Of a stretch of 64,000 bases of DNA, positions 49,452-58,392 are shown one piece after another; the stretch's first letter is position 1, and every line of letters begins with the position of its first letter. The notes under the pieces are model-generated. The model made no database searches. It was not told the origin of the DNA and saw only the letters and a program-made list of their open reading frames with translations. Both the position numbers and the translations under genes were made by a program. This stretch comes from an uncultured delta proteobacterium (lineage in GTDB: Bacteria > Desulfobacterota > Binatia > Binatales > Binataceae): assembly GCA_963848285.1 (NCBI GenBank), contig CAWKCZ010000003.1, positions 964,009 to 1,028,008 of the forward strand. Direction: 5' to 3'.

Positions 49452-50561
49452 TTACGCGCCGAAGTTTCTTCGATACGTCACATAACTTGCCCAGACCGCG
49501 AGGCCGGCGTGCTCGGCACTGTGACGCGACGGCCAGTTGTCATCGAGGACCAGCGTCCCATCGAGGTATTTTGCTCCCCGTGCCGCCAAGTCGAGATAGA
49601 CGCTCGCGCCCAATCCATAGTGGAGCCCGGTATGCCGCTCACTGAGAGCTACTCCGAAGAGGAGCGTGTTGAGCTTCTCGCTGTCATCGAGGACGCGCGG
49701 GGGGCGCACGATCGCGGTCGCGGCGACCTCGGGCATCGCCAGCGCCATGCCCACCACCTTCGAGTCTTTGTAGGCGAGCAGCGAGGTCTCCAATGCTCCG
49801 AGCGGTTGGTAGACCCTTAGCAGGAAACGGACTTCGTCTTCGCTTTCGAGCGGGGTCGCCCAATGCAATTTGAAGGTGTCGTTGCGGATGTGGGTCAAAT
49901 CCGTGACCAGCCTGTTCTCCTCGAGATCAGCGAAACGAATGAGCTGGTAGCCCGCGCCGAGCGTCTGTGCGCGCGAGGCTTTCCATTCCTCGATGCGCGC
50001 ATCGGTGACGCGCATCTTGTAGTCAACCCATCCCTTTTCGGTTTGGAAGCCGGCGTTCTTCAACAACCGGTGATAGTAGGCGGGACTTTGCCGGACGTTG
50101 ATCGGCGGTAGCAGCTCGTATTCGTCGATCGGGAAAGGTGTGTCGAGGAGACCATAGCCGGCACGCATCGCTTCGAGGCCGTGGGTCGCGAGAAATTTGC
50201 CCGCTTCATCGGCGAGGAGCTTAACCGCCGCGTCGGAGCCGTCGAACGCTTCGAACATGATGAAATGTCCGACCTTGTCATTCCAATGGCGAAGATAGTT
50301 GGTGTCGACCAGCGCGATGCCTCGCGCCACGACCTTACCGTCTTCGATCGCGAGAAATGCGCGCAATGGCCTGCCCACTATGAGTGGACTTTCACCGCCG
50401 AGGATCGAATGTTCGAGGAGCTTCTTACCCGGCCATCGCGCGGCCCGGTACTCGTACGCGGTATCGTAAAAATCGACGAAACTCGCCCGAAGGACGGGAT
50501 TATCTACAATTTGTATTGCAACGCTCACGGCTTTGGAATTCTTAATTGTGTTCCCCTTCAC
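49452..50561 (-). CDS. GNAT-like acyltransferase-fold protein (tentative)
   Basis: A 369-aa intact ORF. The segment PPINVRQSPAYYHRLLKNAGFQTEKGWVDYKMRV matches a pattern I associate with a widespread family annotated as GNAT N-acetyltransferases. No catalytic motif was verified by eye. Confidence 0.5.
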   Translation of the reverse strand: MKGNTIKNSKAVSVAIQIVDNPVLRASFVDFYDTAYEYRAARWPGKKLLEHSILGGESPLIVGRPLRAFLAIEDGKVVARGIALVDTNYLRHWNDKVGHFIMFEAFDGSDAAVKLLADEAGKFLATHGLEAMRAGYGLLDTPFPIDEYELLPPINVRQSPAYYHRLLKNAGFQTEKGWVDYKMRVTDARIEEWKASRAQTLGAGYQLIRFADLEENRLVTDLTHIRNDTFKLHWATPLESEDEVRFLLRVYQPLGALETSLLAYKDSKVVGMALAMPEVAATAIVRPPRVLDDSEKLNTLLFGVALSERHTGLHYGLGASVYLDLAARGAKYLDGTLVLDDNWPSRHSAEHAGLAVWASYVTYRRNFGA

Positions 50562-50604
50562 TCAAGGGAAGGGGTTAGGGGTTAGGTCTGGTCAGCACCC
50601 AGCT

Positions 50605-51747
50605 CTAGTACCGATGCATCCGCGCGAGGCGGTCGGCGTGGAAATTCGCGTCGCCGAACAGCTCGTTGCAGACCCGCACGCGCTTCATGAAGAAGCCCAT
50701 GTCGAACTCGTCGGTCATCCCGATGCCGCCGTGCATCTGCACGCCTTCCTGCACCGCGCGCGTCGCGCTGGTGCCGGCGCGCGCCTTCGCGACCGAGACG
50801 ATGTGCGCCGGCCTGGTCGAAGATCTCATCGAGGGTTTGCAGCGCCTTCAGCACCGGCGAGCGGGTTAGCTCCAGCTCGCAATAGAGATCCGCGGCGCGA
50901 TGCTGCAGGGCCTGGAACTCGCCGATGAGTTTGCCGAACTGCTTGCGCTCGCGCAGATACGTCACCGTGCGATCGAAGGCCTCCTGGCTCGCGCCGACCA
51001 GCTCCGCTGCGAGCGCGGCGCGGCCGACATTCAACGTGCCCTCCAGCGCATTCCACCCTGCGTCAAGCTGGCCGAGGACCGCGTCGGCGCCGACGCTGAC
51101 GTTGTCGAAGCTCAGGCGCGCGGCATTGTGCGTATCGACCATCGAGCGTGCGCTCGGCCTTGATGCCCTTGGATTTCGCATCGACGAGGAACAGCGTGAT
51201 GCCCTTGGTATCGCCCGCCGCGCCCGAGGTTCGCGCGGCCACGATGATGAGATCCGCCACGTGCCCATCGAGGACGAAGGTCTTCGTGCCCTTGAGGGTG
51301 AAGCCGTTGCCGGAGCGCGTCGCGGTCAGCGCGATTTTTTCGGGGCGATGCTTCGAGGATTCATCAACCGCCAGGGTCGCGATCAAATCTCCGCTCGCGA
51401 TCTTCGGCAGATAGCGCGCCTTCTGTTTGTCGTTGCCGGCGCGCGCGATGGCGCTCGCGGCGAGCACGGCGGTCGAGAGAAATGGCGACGGCGTCAGGGT
51501 GCGGCCGAGTTCCTCCATCACCACGCCGACCTCGACGTGGCCGAGGCCGAGTCCGCCGTGGTCCGTGCGGAATCAGGATGCCGGCCCATCCGAGGTCGAC
51601 GAATTCCTTCCACAGCGGGCGCGAAAAACCTGTCGCATCCTTGCTATCGCGGAGTTGGCGCAGATGCGCGATGGGCGCGTTCTTGCTCAAAAAGCCGCGC
51701 GCATGATCGCGCAGCATGTTCTGTTCGTCGTTGAGTGTTAATGGCAT
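50605..51747 (-). pseudogene. acyl-CoA dehydrogenase, with the frame broken about 3 times
   Basis: The pieces are MPLTLNDEQNMLRDHARGFLSKNAPIAHLRQLRD...GWAGILIP; VVMEELGRTLTPSPFLSTAVLAA...GFTLKGTKTFVLDGHVADLIIVAART; LNVGRAALAAELVGASQEAFDRTVTYLRERKQFGKLIGEFQALQHRAADLY; AKARAGTSATRAVQEGVQMHGGIGMTDEFDMGFFMKR. Confidence 0.8.
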
Positions 51748-51756
51748 GGGTTTTTA

Positions 51757-52944
51757 CTACGCGCCCGGGAAGCCGAGAATTCGTTTCGCGATGATGTTGA
51801 GCTGGACCTCGCTGGTCCCGCCTTCGATGGAGTTGGCTTTCGAACGCAGCCACGCGCGCGCGTGAAGCCGTCGCGCGAGCGCTCGCCTTCCCATTCCAGC
51901 GCATCGGAGCCGCCGGCCGACATCGCGAGCTCCATCCGACGCTTGTTGAGCTCGGTGCCGTAGTATTTCAGCAGCGAGGAAATCGCCGGATGCGCCTGGC
52001 CGGTCTTCGCCATGTCGCCCACGCGCTCCATCGTAAGCTTGAACGCGAGCGCGTCGATTTCGTAGGTACGCGATCTGCCCGCGCAGCACGGTATCCGCGA
52101 GGACGCCGTTTTCGATGCCGACCGATTCGGCGGCGATCTGCCCGAGCGAGCGGCTCTCGGAGGTGCGGCCCATCCCGCCGATCATGTCGCGCTCATGGGT
52201 GAGCAGGTACTTGGCGATGTCCCAGCCCTTGTTCATGGTGCCGACGAGGTTTTCGCGCGGTACCGTGACGTCATCGAAAAAGGTCTGGCAGAACGGCGAC
52301 GCGCCCGAGATCAGCGTGATCGGCTTGGTCGAGACGCCCGCGCTTTCCATGTCGAACAGGACGAAGCTGATGCCCTCGTGCTTGGGCGCGTTGGGTTCGG
52401 TGCGCACCAGGCAGAAAATCCAGTCGGCCTTGTCCGCGTATGAGGTCCAGATCTTCGAGCCATTGACGATGAAGTGATCGCCCTTGCAGCTCGGCGCGGG
52501 TCTGCAGCGAGGCGAGGTCGGAGCCGGCGCCGGGTTCGGAATAGCCCTGGCACCAGCGGATTTCGCCGCGCGCGATTTTCGGCAGATGCTCCTTCTTCTG
52601 CGCCTCGTTGCCGTATTTCGAGCAGCGCGGGGCCGAGCATCCAGATGCCGAAGCTGTCGAGCGGCGAGCGGCATCCGAGCGCGGCCATTTCCTGGCGCAG
52701 GATTTTCGCCTCGTCGCGCGAGAGCCCGCCGCCGCCGTATTCGCGCGGCCATTCGGGCACCGTCCAGCCCTTGGCCGCCATGCGCTCCATCCATTGGCGT
52801 TGCGCTTCGGACTTGAATTTCGACGCGCCTGCCGCCCCAGCAGGTGTCGTCTTCGCCGAGGCGCGGGGCGTGCGCATTTCCGGGCGGGCAATTGGCCTCC
52901 AGCCACGCGCGGGTTTCTTTGCGAAAGGTTTCGAGATCGCTCAT
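51757..52944 (-). pseudogene. acyl-CoA dehydrogenase, with the frame broken at least 5 times
   Basis: The pieces are [20 protein letters not shown]; [35 protein letters not shown]; [43 protein letters not shown]; [29 protein letters not shown]...; LTMERVGDMAKTGQAHPAISSLLKYYGTELNKRRMELAMS; ANSIEGGTSEVQLNIIAKRILGFPGA. It ends 9 nt before the next ACAD start. Confidence 0.75.
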
Positions 52945-53024
52945 CGACGCGCTCCTCGTAACAATGTAGGCAACCATTATGGCGGTGGCGCGCCAACTTG
53001 GGTAGCGGAAGTTGCGGAGTGAAG

Positions 53025-53774
53025 CTAGCCGGCCTTGACCTTATGCCATGAAGCGTCGGGAGTGACTTCTTTAATGGCACTTGCGACCGACGCAGTATCC
53101 TTACCGAGGTCCTTCTCGTAAACTTGGCCGTCGGGGCCGGTCATAAAGGTCATCACGCCGGATTGGCGATAGATGGTCGGATATGCAATCACCGCGGCAC
53201 TTTTTGAGTCGGCTCCGCTGTCAATCGAAGTATACGTGTAGCCTCCGAAAGATTTAGGCTTGCCGGCCTGCGGACCGGAGGACTTTTCGCCACTCGCGGT
53301 CAACATGCAAACCTTGATAGCGTTCAGCTCGTTGCGTCCGATTTCCCGATAGCGCGTTTCCTTCTTTCCATAGACCCCGTCGAAGTACCACCCCTTATCA
53401 CTCTTAGCGAGCGGCACCGGCAGCGACCAGTTGTCAGCGCCCACGATGAGGTAGTACTTGCCGTCGGGCCCGTTGGCGAAGCGATGCATCTGCGCGTAGC
53501 GCTTGAGGAAAACCTCGACGTCGTTACGATCGGTCGCCGCGTCACCGGAACCGGCCTCGCGTACGTTGAAACCTACGATGTCGTCGAGATGGTCCCACTG
53601 CTTGGTCTTGAGCGCGTCGACCAGCGCTTGTGCGGCAGCATCGGCAGATTGGTAGACCTTCTGACTAGCTTGCTGTGCCGATGCTGGATGAGACCAAAGA
53701 AACAACGACAGGACGATCGCAGCGTTGACTAAAGCCGTAGCGCGTATCGATGAGCTATACAGTCTGAGAGTCAT
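53025..53774 (-). CDS. DUF2950-family secreted protein
   Basis: It has a signal peptide ([16 protein letters not shown]) and the family landmarks as I recall them: [34 protein letters not shown] and GQVYEKDLG. Confidence 0.8.
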   Translation of the reverse strand: MTLRLYSSSIRATALVNAAIVLSLFLWSHPASAQQASQKVYQSADAAAQALVDALKTKQWDHLDDIVGFNVREAGSGDAATDRNDVEVFLKRYAQMHRFANGPDGKYYLIVGADNWSLPVPLAKSDKGWYFDGVYGKKETRYREIGRNELNAIKVCMLTASGEKSSGPQAGKPKSFGGYTYTSIDSGADSKSAAVIAYPTIYRQSGVMTFMTGPDGQVYEKDLGKDTASVASAIKEVTPDASWHKVKAG

Positions 53775-53795
53775 CGGTCTTCCCCCTTCCTCGAA

Positions 53796-55058
53796 CTAGA
53801 AACGACCTCCGAAGTCACCGGAACTCCAGCGTCCGCGTGCGCTATCCGCAAAGGAACCGCCGCCGAAGCTGCCGCCGCCAAACATGCCTCCCCCGCCGGA
53901 GTTGCGAAACATGCCACCGCCGCCACCACCGAAGAGTCCACCGTCGCCACCGCCCCATCTTCCCTGGTTGGAACCGAGGTTGCTTCCCGCATCGGGATGA
54001 TCCTGATGGAAGCTATCGGCGTTTTGCTGCCAGTCGGGATGCTTTTGCGCAAAGCTTTCGTCGGTCGAACCCGGAGCACTCTCGGGATTTTGTTTGTCGG
54101 CGTCGGGATTGTTCTGCCGGTACTGGTCGACGTCCTGCTGCCCTTTCGAGTACGCGGTCGGATGGTTCTGTTCGAAATCAGGATGGTTTTTGCTGAAGTT
54201 ATCCCAGTCCTGGTTCCAGTTCTGGTTCTTCGCGGTGTTGGCCCAGTTGTTGTAGTTGGGCGTCGGATTGTCGTGATTCCAGTTCTCGTTGTTCCAGTTG
54301 TGGTAGTAGTAATTGTTAGTGTTCGAGACGTAGGTCTGATGGTTGTAGGTGACGCTGCTGCTTCCCCAGTCGCATCCCCACGCACTACTCATCATCGAGC
54401 CCATCATCATGCCGGTGGTGAAGCTCATCATGCTGGTCATCATCATCTGGCTGCTGCTGTAGCCCGGATATACCGGCATCGGAGTGCCATAGACGACGGT
54501 CGGGTTGTACTGCGGAACGTAGATCACCTGCGGGCTAGCCGGCACGATGACGATAGTCTGTCCACTCTGCGTCACCGTCTGCTGGGGCGTGGTCTTGAGG
54601 TTGCCGGCGGCCTGCGCCTTCTTGCGTAGTACCTGGATTTCCTTCAGCACCGCCTGCGGTTCGTTGTAGTAGGCGTCGCCGAGCGCCGAGGCCCACGAGA
54701 GGTTGTCGTTCATGTTGGCGAGCACGGGAGGAAACTGAGTCAGCGACTTCACGCTCGATCCCACGGCTGCTTGTCGACGGCCTCGGCGAGCGGCTTTCCG
54801 GTCAGGTCCTTGTGTTCCTGCATGAAGCGCTGGGCCTCGACGATATCGACCGGATGAGTCGAGGCAGCGAGAATTTGCGCGACCAGGGTGTCGGGGTACA
54901 GCGCAATCGGTGAGACCAGTTGTTCGAGCTCTTTGGGTGGGAGCGTTGCCGGTTGAGGCGTTCGCGACCCGCGAGCCCAGCGAGGTCGCGATTATCAGCA
55001 GCAAGGCCGACAGCCATCTCAGTGCCGACGCATTTTTGATCGAGGTCTTATGCTCCAT
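53796..55058 (-). pseudogene. DUF3300-family protein with a pair of compensating frame breaks. The ORF stays open, but the conserved N-terminal motif is out of frame.
   Basis: In the open frame, residues after the signal read as Arg-rich nonsense (PTQRARTTGLTDCAVPRHPGRANSR...). Between ~54940 and ~54755 an alternative frame reads PPKELEQLVSPIALYPDTLVAQILAASTHPVDIVEAQRFMQEHKDLTGKPLAEAVDKQPWD, the DUF3300 signature. After that the open frame resumes with SVKSLTQFPPVLANMNDNLSWASALGDAYY. The C-terminus is an N/W/H/G-rich low-complexity tail. Confidence 0.8.
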
Positions 55059-55293
55059 CTTTTGTTTGCCTGAAGGCCCCCTCACATCGGAAAATGCCAA
55101 ATTGGACTTCAGACAGCTAAATAATCTTCCGTCAGGTGAAACTCAATCAATTGGGAACCTGACGGACGCCAGATGGACGCCAGCTTAAGTCCACAAGCTG
55201 GCTCGGCATGCAGCAGCAATATGACCTCGCGATCGCGCGAAAGCGGGTTCGGCTCGCGAAGGTGCGTCGTCTCAAGGCCGCCTGAGAAGCCAG

Positions 55294-56054
55294 CTACTTT
55301 CCCTTCCAATTCGGGGGGCGCTTTTCCGCGAACGCGAGCGCGCCTTCGCGCGCGTCATCGGTGCCCACCAGCCACTTGATAGCCTTCGCGCTCGAGCTTC
55401 AGTCCTTCGACGAGCGGACGATCCAGCCCTTCGAGCGCAACCCGCTTGATGCGCTGGACTGCCAGCGGCGCGCTCTTGCAAATCTCCGTCGCGATGCTTT
55501 CGCATTTGTTCATGAGCTGGCTCATCGGCACCACGTGATCGACGAGTCCCAGGCGCAAAGCCTCCGCGGCATCGATGCGGTTGCCGGTGTAAAGCATCTC
55601 CAATGCGCGTCCCAACGGAATCAGGCGCGGCAGCCGCTGCGTGCCGCCTCCGCCGGGAAGCCATCCGAGGCGCACCTCGCCGAGGCCGAATTGCGCATGC
55701 TCGGCCGCGACCCGGATATCGCACGCGAGCGCCTGTTCGAGGCCGCCGCCATTCGCATGCCCATTGATCGCCGCGATGATCGGCTTGTGCAGTTCCAGCA
55801 TGATGGGGAACGGGGATTTCGCCGGGTCGGCGCCGCGCGCTTCGACGTAGTTGGATTTCACATCGCTGCCGGCGCTGAAGGCGCGCTCGCCCGACACCGG
55901 TCAGAATCGCGACGCGGAGGTCGGCGTCGTCGCGAAATTCTTTCCAGATGTCGGCGAGGCGGCCGTAAGCCTCGAAGTCGCAGGCATTCAGGCGCTCCGG
56001 GCGATTGATGGTGACATAGGCGACGTGGTTGCGTTTTTCGAAGAGTACTTTCAT
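55294..56054 (-). pseudogene. enoyl-CoA hydratase/isomerase (crotonase) family protein, with the frame broken twice
   Basis: The pieces are MKVLFEKRNHVAYVTINRPERLNACD...LRVAILTGV; GERAFSAGSDVK...KPIIAAINGHANGGGLEQALACDIRVAAEHAQFGLGEVRLGWLPGGGGTQRLPRL; WLVGTDDAREGALAFAEKRPPNWKGK-stop (TAG 55296-55294). Confidence 0.8.
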
Positions 56055-56114
56055 CGAGATAGCCTCATCTAATGATGCTTCCTAGCTGGTCCTCGGATGC
56101 GCGACAACAGCCAG

Positions 56115-56189
56115 CCTGCTAAGATGATGGTGCGGCGTCCTTCGGGGCGCCGTCGGCGTTTCTGACCGAAGGCGAGTTTCGAACCGATG
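56115..56189 (+). repeat. copy A of a ~60-75-nt direct repeat, containing a GC hairpin capped by a UUCG tetraloop
   Basis: CCTGCTAagATGatGGTGCGGCGTCCTTCGGGGCGCCGTCggCGTTTC...GTTTCGAACCGATG. A 22-nt core (CGGCGTCCTTCGGGGCGCCGTC, 56133-56154) is identical to 58350-58371. Confidence 0.7.
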
Positions 56190-56383
56190 TCCGGGGCATC
56201 GTGTTACACGGTGTCGGTAGAGACTGGATGGCGAATTGTTGACTGGAATGGTAGGAATTGGCCACCAGTGGATTTTCTTGATTGTCCAGGAATTGATGTT
56301 GTAACTACAGCAGCCGAATTCCGGATCAGTAATTTGGCGGCGCGCTGCTCGACCTATGGTTGAGAGGAACCTGCGACTTTCGA

Positions 56384-58267
56384 ATGGACACCACGAGCCG
56401 AGATAAAACGGCAGCATACATCGGGTTACTGTCTCTCGTCTTCACGGTTACAATTCGGACGGCATGGATATCCGATGACGCGGAAATTACGCTCCGATGC
56501 GTAATGAATTTCATTAATGGTTACGGCCCGACTTTCAATATCGACGAAAGAGTTCAAGCATATACTCATCCACTGTGGTTTCTCCTGATATCCTTCTTTA
56601 CTTTGATTTCAGGGAATGTATTCGCCGCCACGCTGGTACCTTCGATTATTTTGACACTCCTTATGGTGTGGCTTTTGTTGTCGCGGGTGGCGACAAGTTT
56701 TTGGCCCGGTATAATAGCAGGTGTCGGATTAGTGCTTTCCAAAGCGTTCATCGACTACTCCACCTCAGGTCTGGAAAACCCTCTCTCCTCGTTTCTTATA
56801 GTGGTGGGCTTTTTGCTCGGGTTCAGATGCCTTGAGTCGTTCGATCAATCTCGTTCGCCAACGATGTGCCTGACGGTGTTGATGCTGAGCTATCTCAGTA
56901 GACCGGATTTGATACTCCTCGTACTGCCGTTTTCCTTCCTGGTCCTGTGGGCCTGTTATCGCTGTCCGCGAGATACTGCGCGACTGTTGGTCATCGCCCT
57001 CGCACCCGAGGCAGTGTGGACAATCTTCAGCCTCTTCTACTATGGAGCACCGCTTCCGAATACCGCCTATGCGAAGCTAGCGCTCGGAATTCCGATCGGC
57101 GAGAGCATTCGTCAGGGTCTGACTTACCTGTTCGATTCGTTCTCGCGAGATCCAATTACCTTGACGTTCACCACTCTTGGGCTACTTCTCGCGCAGCGTC
57201 AATCGTCGTCCATTCGGGCGATCGCGGCCGGCATAGGTCTCTACCTCGCGTATATTGTTTACATTGGTGGTGACTTCATGACTGGCCGGTTCCTTACAGC
57301 TCCGCTGGTTGCGTCGGCCGTAATCCTGTCGCGCTCAATGCTTTCGAACACCGAAGCTGTGATCATCACCGTGGTTTTTGCCGCCATGGGAGTGGTGTCT
57401 TTGCCGGCTACCATCCTTAGCGGTCCTACCTACTCCGCGGCGCGTCTCACGCAAGCTGGGATTTCCGACGAGCGCGGCTATAGCTTTCCAAACCGCGGGC
57501 TCATAACGACTGCAAGGGATGCTTTCCGGCAGCCGAACTGGCCGCGAACCGACGATGTTCATTTGCTCGCCGTACAATGCGGCATGTTAGGCAATGGTGG
57601 TTTGAATACCGGCCCGGTTGAACACTGGATTGATTCTTGCGCTCTCGCCGATCCTCTGCTCGCACGGCTTCCGCCCATATATGATGGGAAGTGGAGAATT
57701 GGCCACTTTGTGCGGCAACTACCATCCGGCTATCAACAGAGTTTTCGCAAGAAGGAAAATCTTCTCGCCGATTCGGTGACACGAAACTATTGGGAGGTCA
57801 TACGGACAGCGACCCGGGGACCACTTTTCAGCCTCCGAAGACTGAGGGCCATCGCGCGCCTGAATCTGGGCATGGTAGCCAAGCCCGACTACCTGGCCTA
57901 TCGAAGCGGGCGTGTCGGGCCGCTCGTCGTCGTTCTCGCATCCTTGAGCCAGGCCCCCGTCGTCGGCGGCGACTGGAATGCTCCTTCGACCGTGCTGTTT
58001 GAAAGTTCGATCGAGGTGCGCCTGCCGACCCCCACTGTAGTCTCTTCAATCGACCTATCGCTCGATCATAACGACCAATACCTGATCGAGGATCAGAATC
58101 ACGGCGTTTATGAGCGCTTGGCCGAACTGGGGCCGGCAGACGGCCCCGGTATGAAGCGGTACCAGCTTAAACTTGATCCGCCCACGGCGCCGACCGATCG
58201 GATCAGAATCACTGCCTTAGCAGGGGACTCGCGTTATTCGCTCGGCCATTTATTCGTGAACCGTTAG
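56384..58267 (+). CDS. large polytopic membrane protein, probable GT-C-fold glycosyl/arabinosyl-transferase-like enzyme, with lower GC than its surroundings
   Basis: An intact ORF with ~12 TM segments in the first ~400 aa and a soluble C-terminal ~200 aa. It has an early loop motif, AWISDDAEITLRCVMNFINGYGPTFNIDERVQAYTHPLW (a DD-type motif after TM1, as in GT-C enzymes). Codon usage is visibly AT-richer than the neighbours. Confidence 0.6.
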   Translation: MDTTSRDKTAAYIGLLSLVFTVTIRTAWISDDAEITLRCVMNFINGYGPTFNIDERVQAYTHPLWFLLISFFTLISGNVFAATLVPSIILTLLMVWLLLSRVATSFWPGIIAGVGLVLSKAFIDYSTSGLENPLSSFLIVVGFLLGFRCLESFDQSRSPTMCLTVLMLSYLSRPDLILLVLPFSFLVLWACYRCPRDTARLLVIALAPEAVWTIFSLFYYGAPLPNTAYAKLALGIPIGESIRQGLTYLFDSFSRDPITLTFTTLGLLLAQRQSSSIRAIAAGIGLYLAYIVYIGGDFMTGRFLTAPLVASAVILSRSMLSNTEAVIITVVFAAMGVVSLPATILSGPTYSAARLTQAGISDERGYSFPNRGLITTARDAFRQPNWPRTDDVHLLAVQCGMLGNGGLNTGPVEHWIDSCALADPLLARLPPIYDGKWRIGHFVRQLPSGYQQSFRKKENLLADSVTRNYWEVIRTATRGPLFSLRRLRAIARLNLGMVAKPDYLAYRSGRVGPLVVVLASLSQAPVVGGDWNAPSTVLFESSIEVRLPTPTVVSSIDLSLDHNDQYLIEDQNHGVYERLAELGPADGPGMKRYQLKLDPPTAPTDRIRITALAGDSRYSLGHLFVNR

Positions 58268-58331
58268 TGGCGCTAGCCCGAAACACATTCTGAGGGATGT
58301 TTCACGAGTGCTAGAGCAAAAGCATCGAAAG

Positions 58332-58392
58332 CTTGCTATGGTGGTGAGGCGGCGTCCTTCGGGGCGCCGTCCTCGTTTCGGGAACGCGATGG
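58332..58392 (+). repeat. copy B of the direct repeat with the UUCG-capped hairpin
   Basis: CTTGCTATGGTGGTGAGGCGGCGTCCTTCGGGGCGCCGTCCTCGTTTCGGGAACGCGATGG. The hairpin is GGCGGCGTCC-TTCG-GGGCGCCGTC (58348-58371). It starts 65 nt after the stop of the membrane glycosyltransferase-like gene. Confidence 0.7.

Noticed and set aside
56115-58392. The flanking direct repeats interpreted as integron attC sites
   Set aside because: I could not find the RYYYAAC / GTTRRRY core pairs at the ends. The repeats are direct rather than the imperfect long inverted structure of attC, and no intI-type integrase or Pc promoter context is present in the window.
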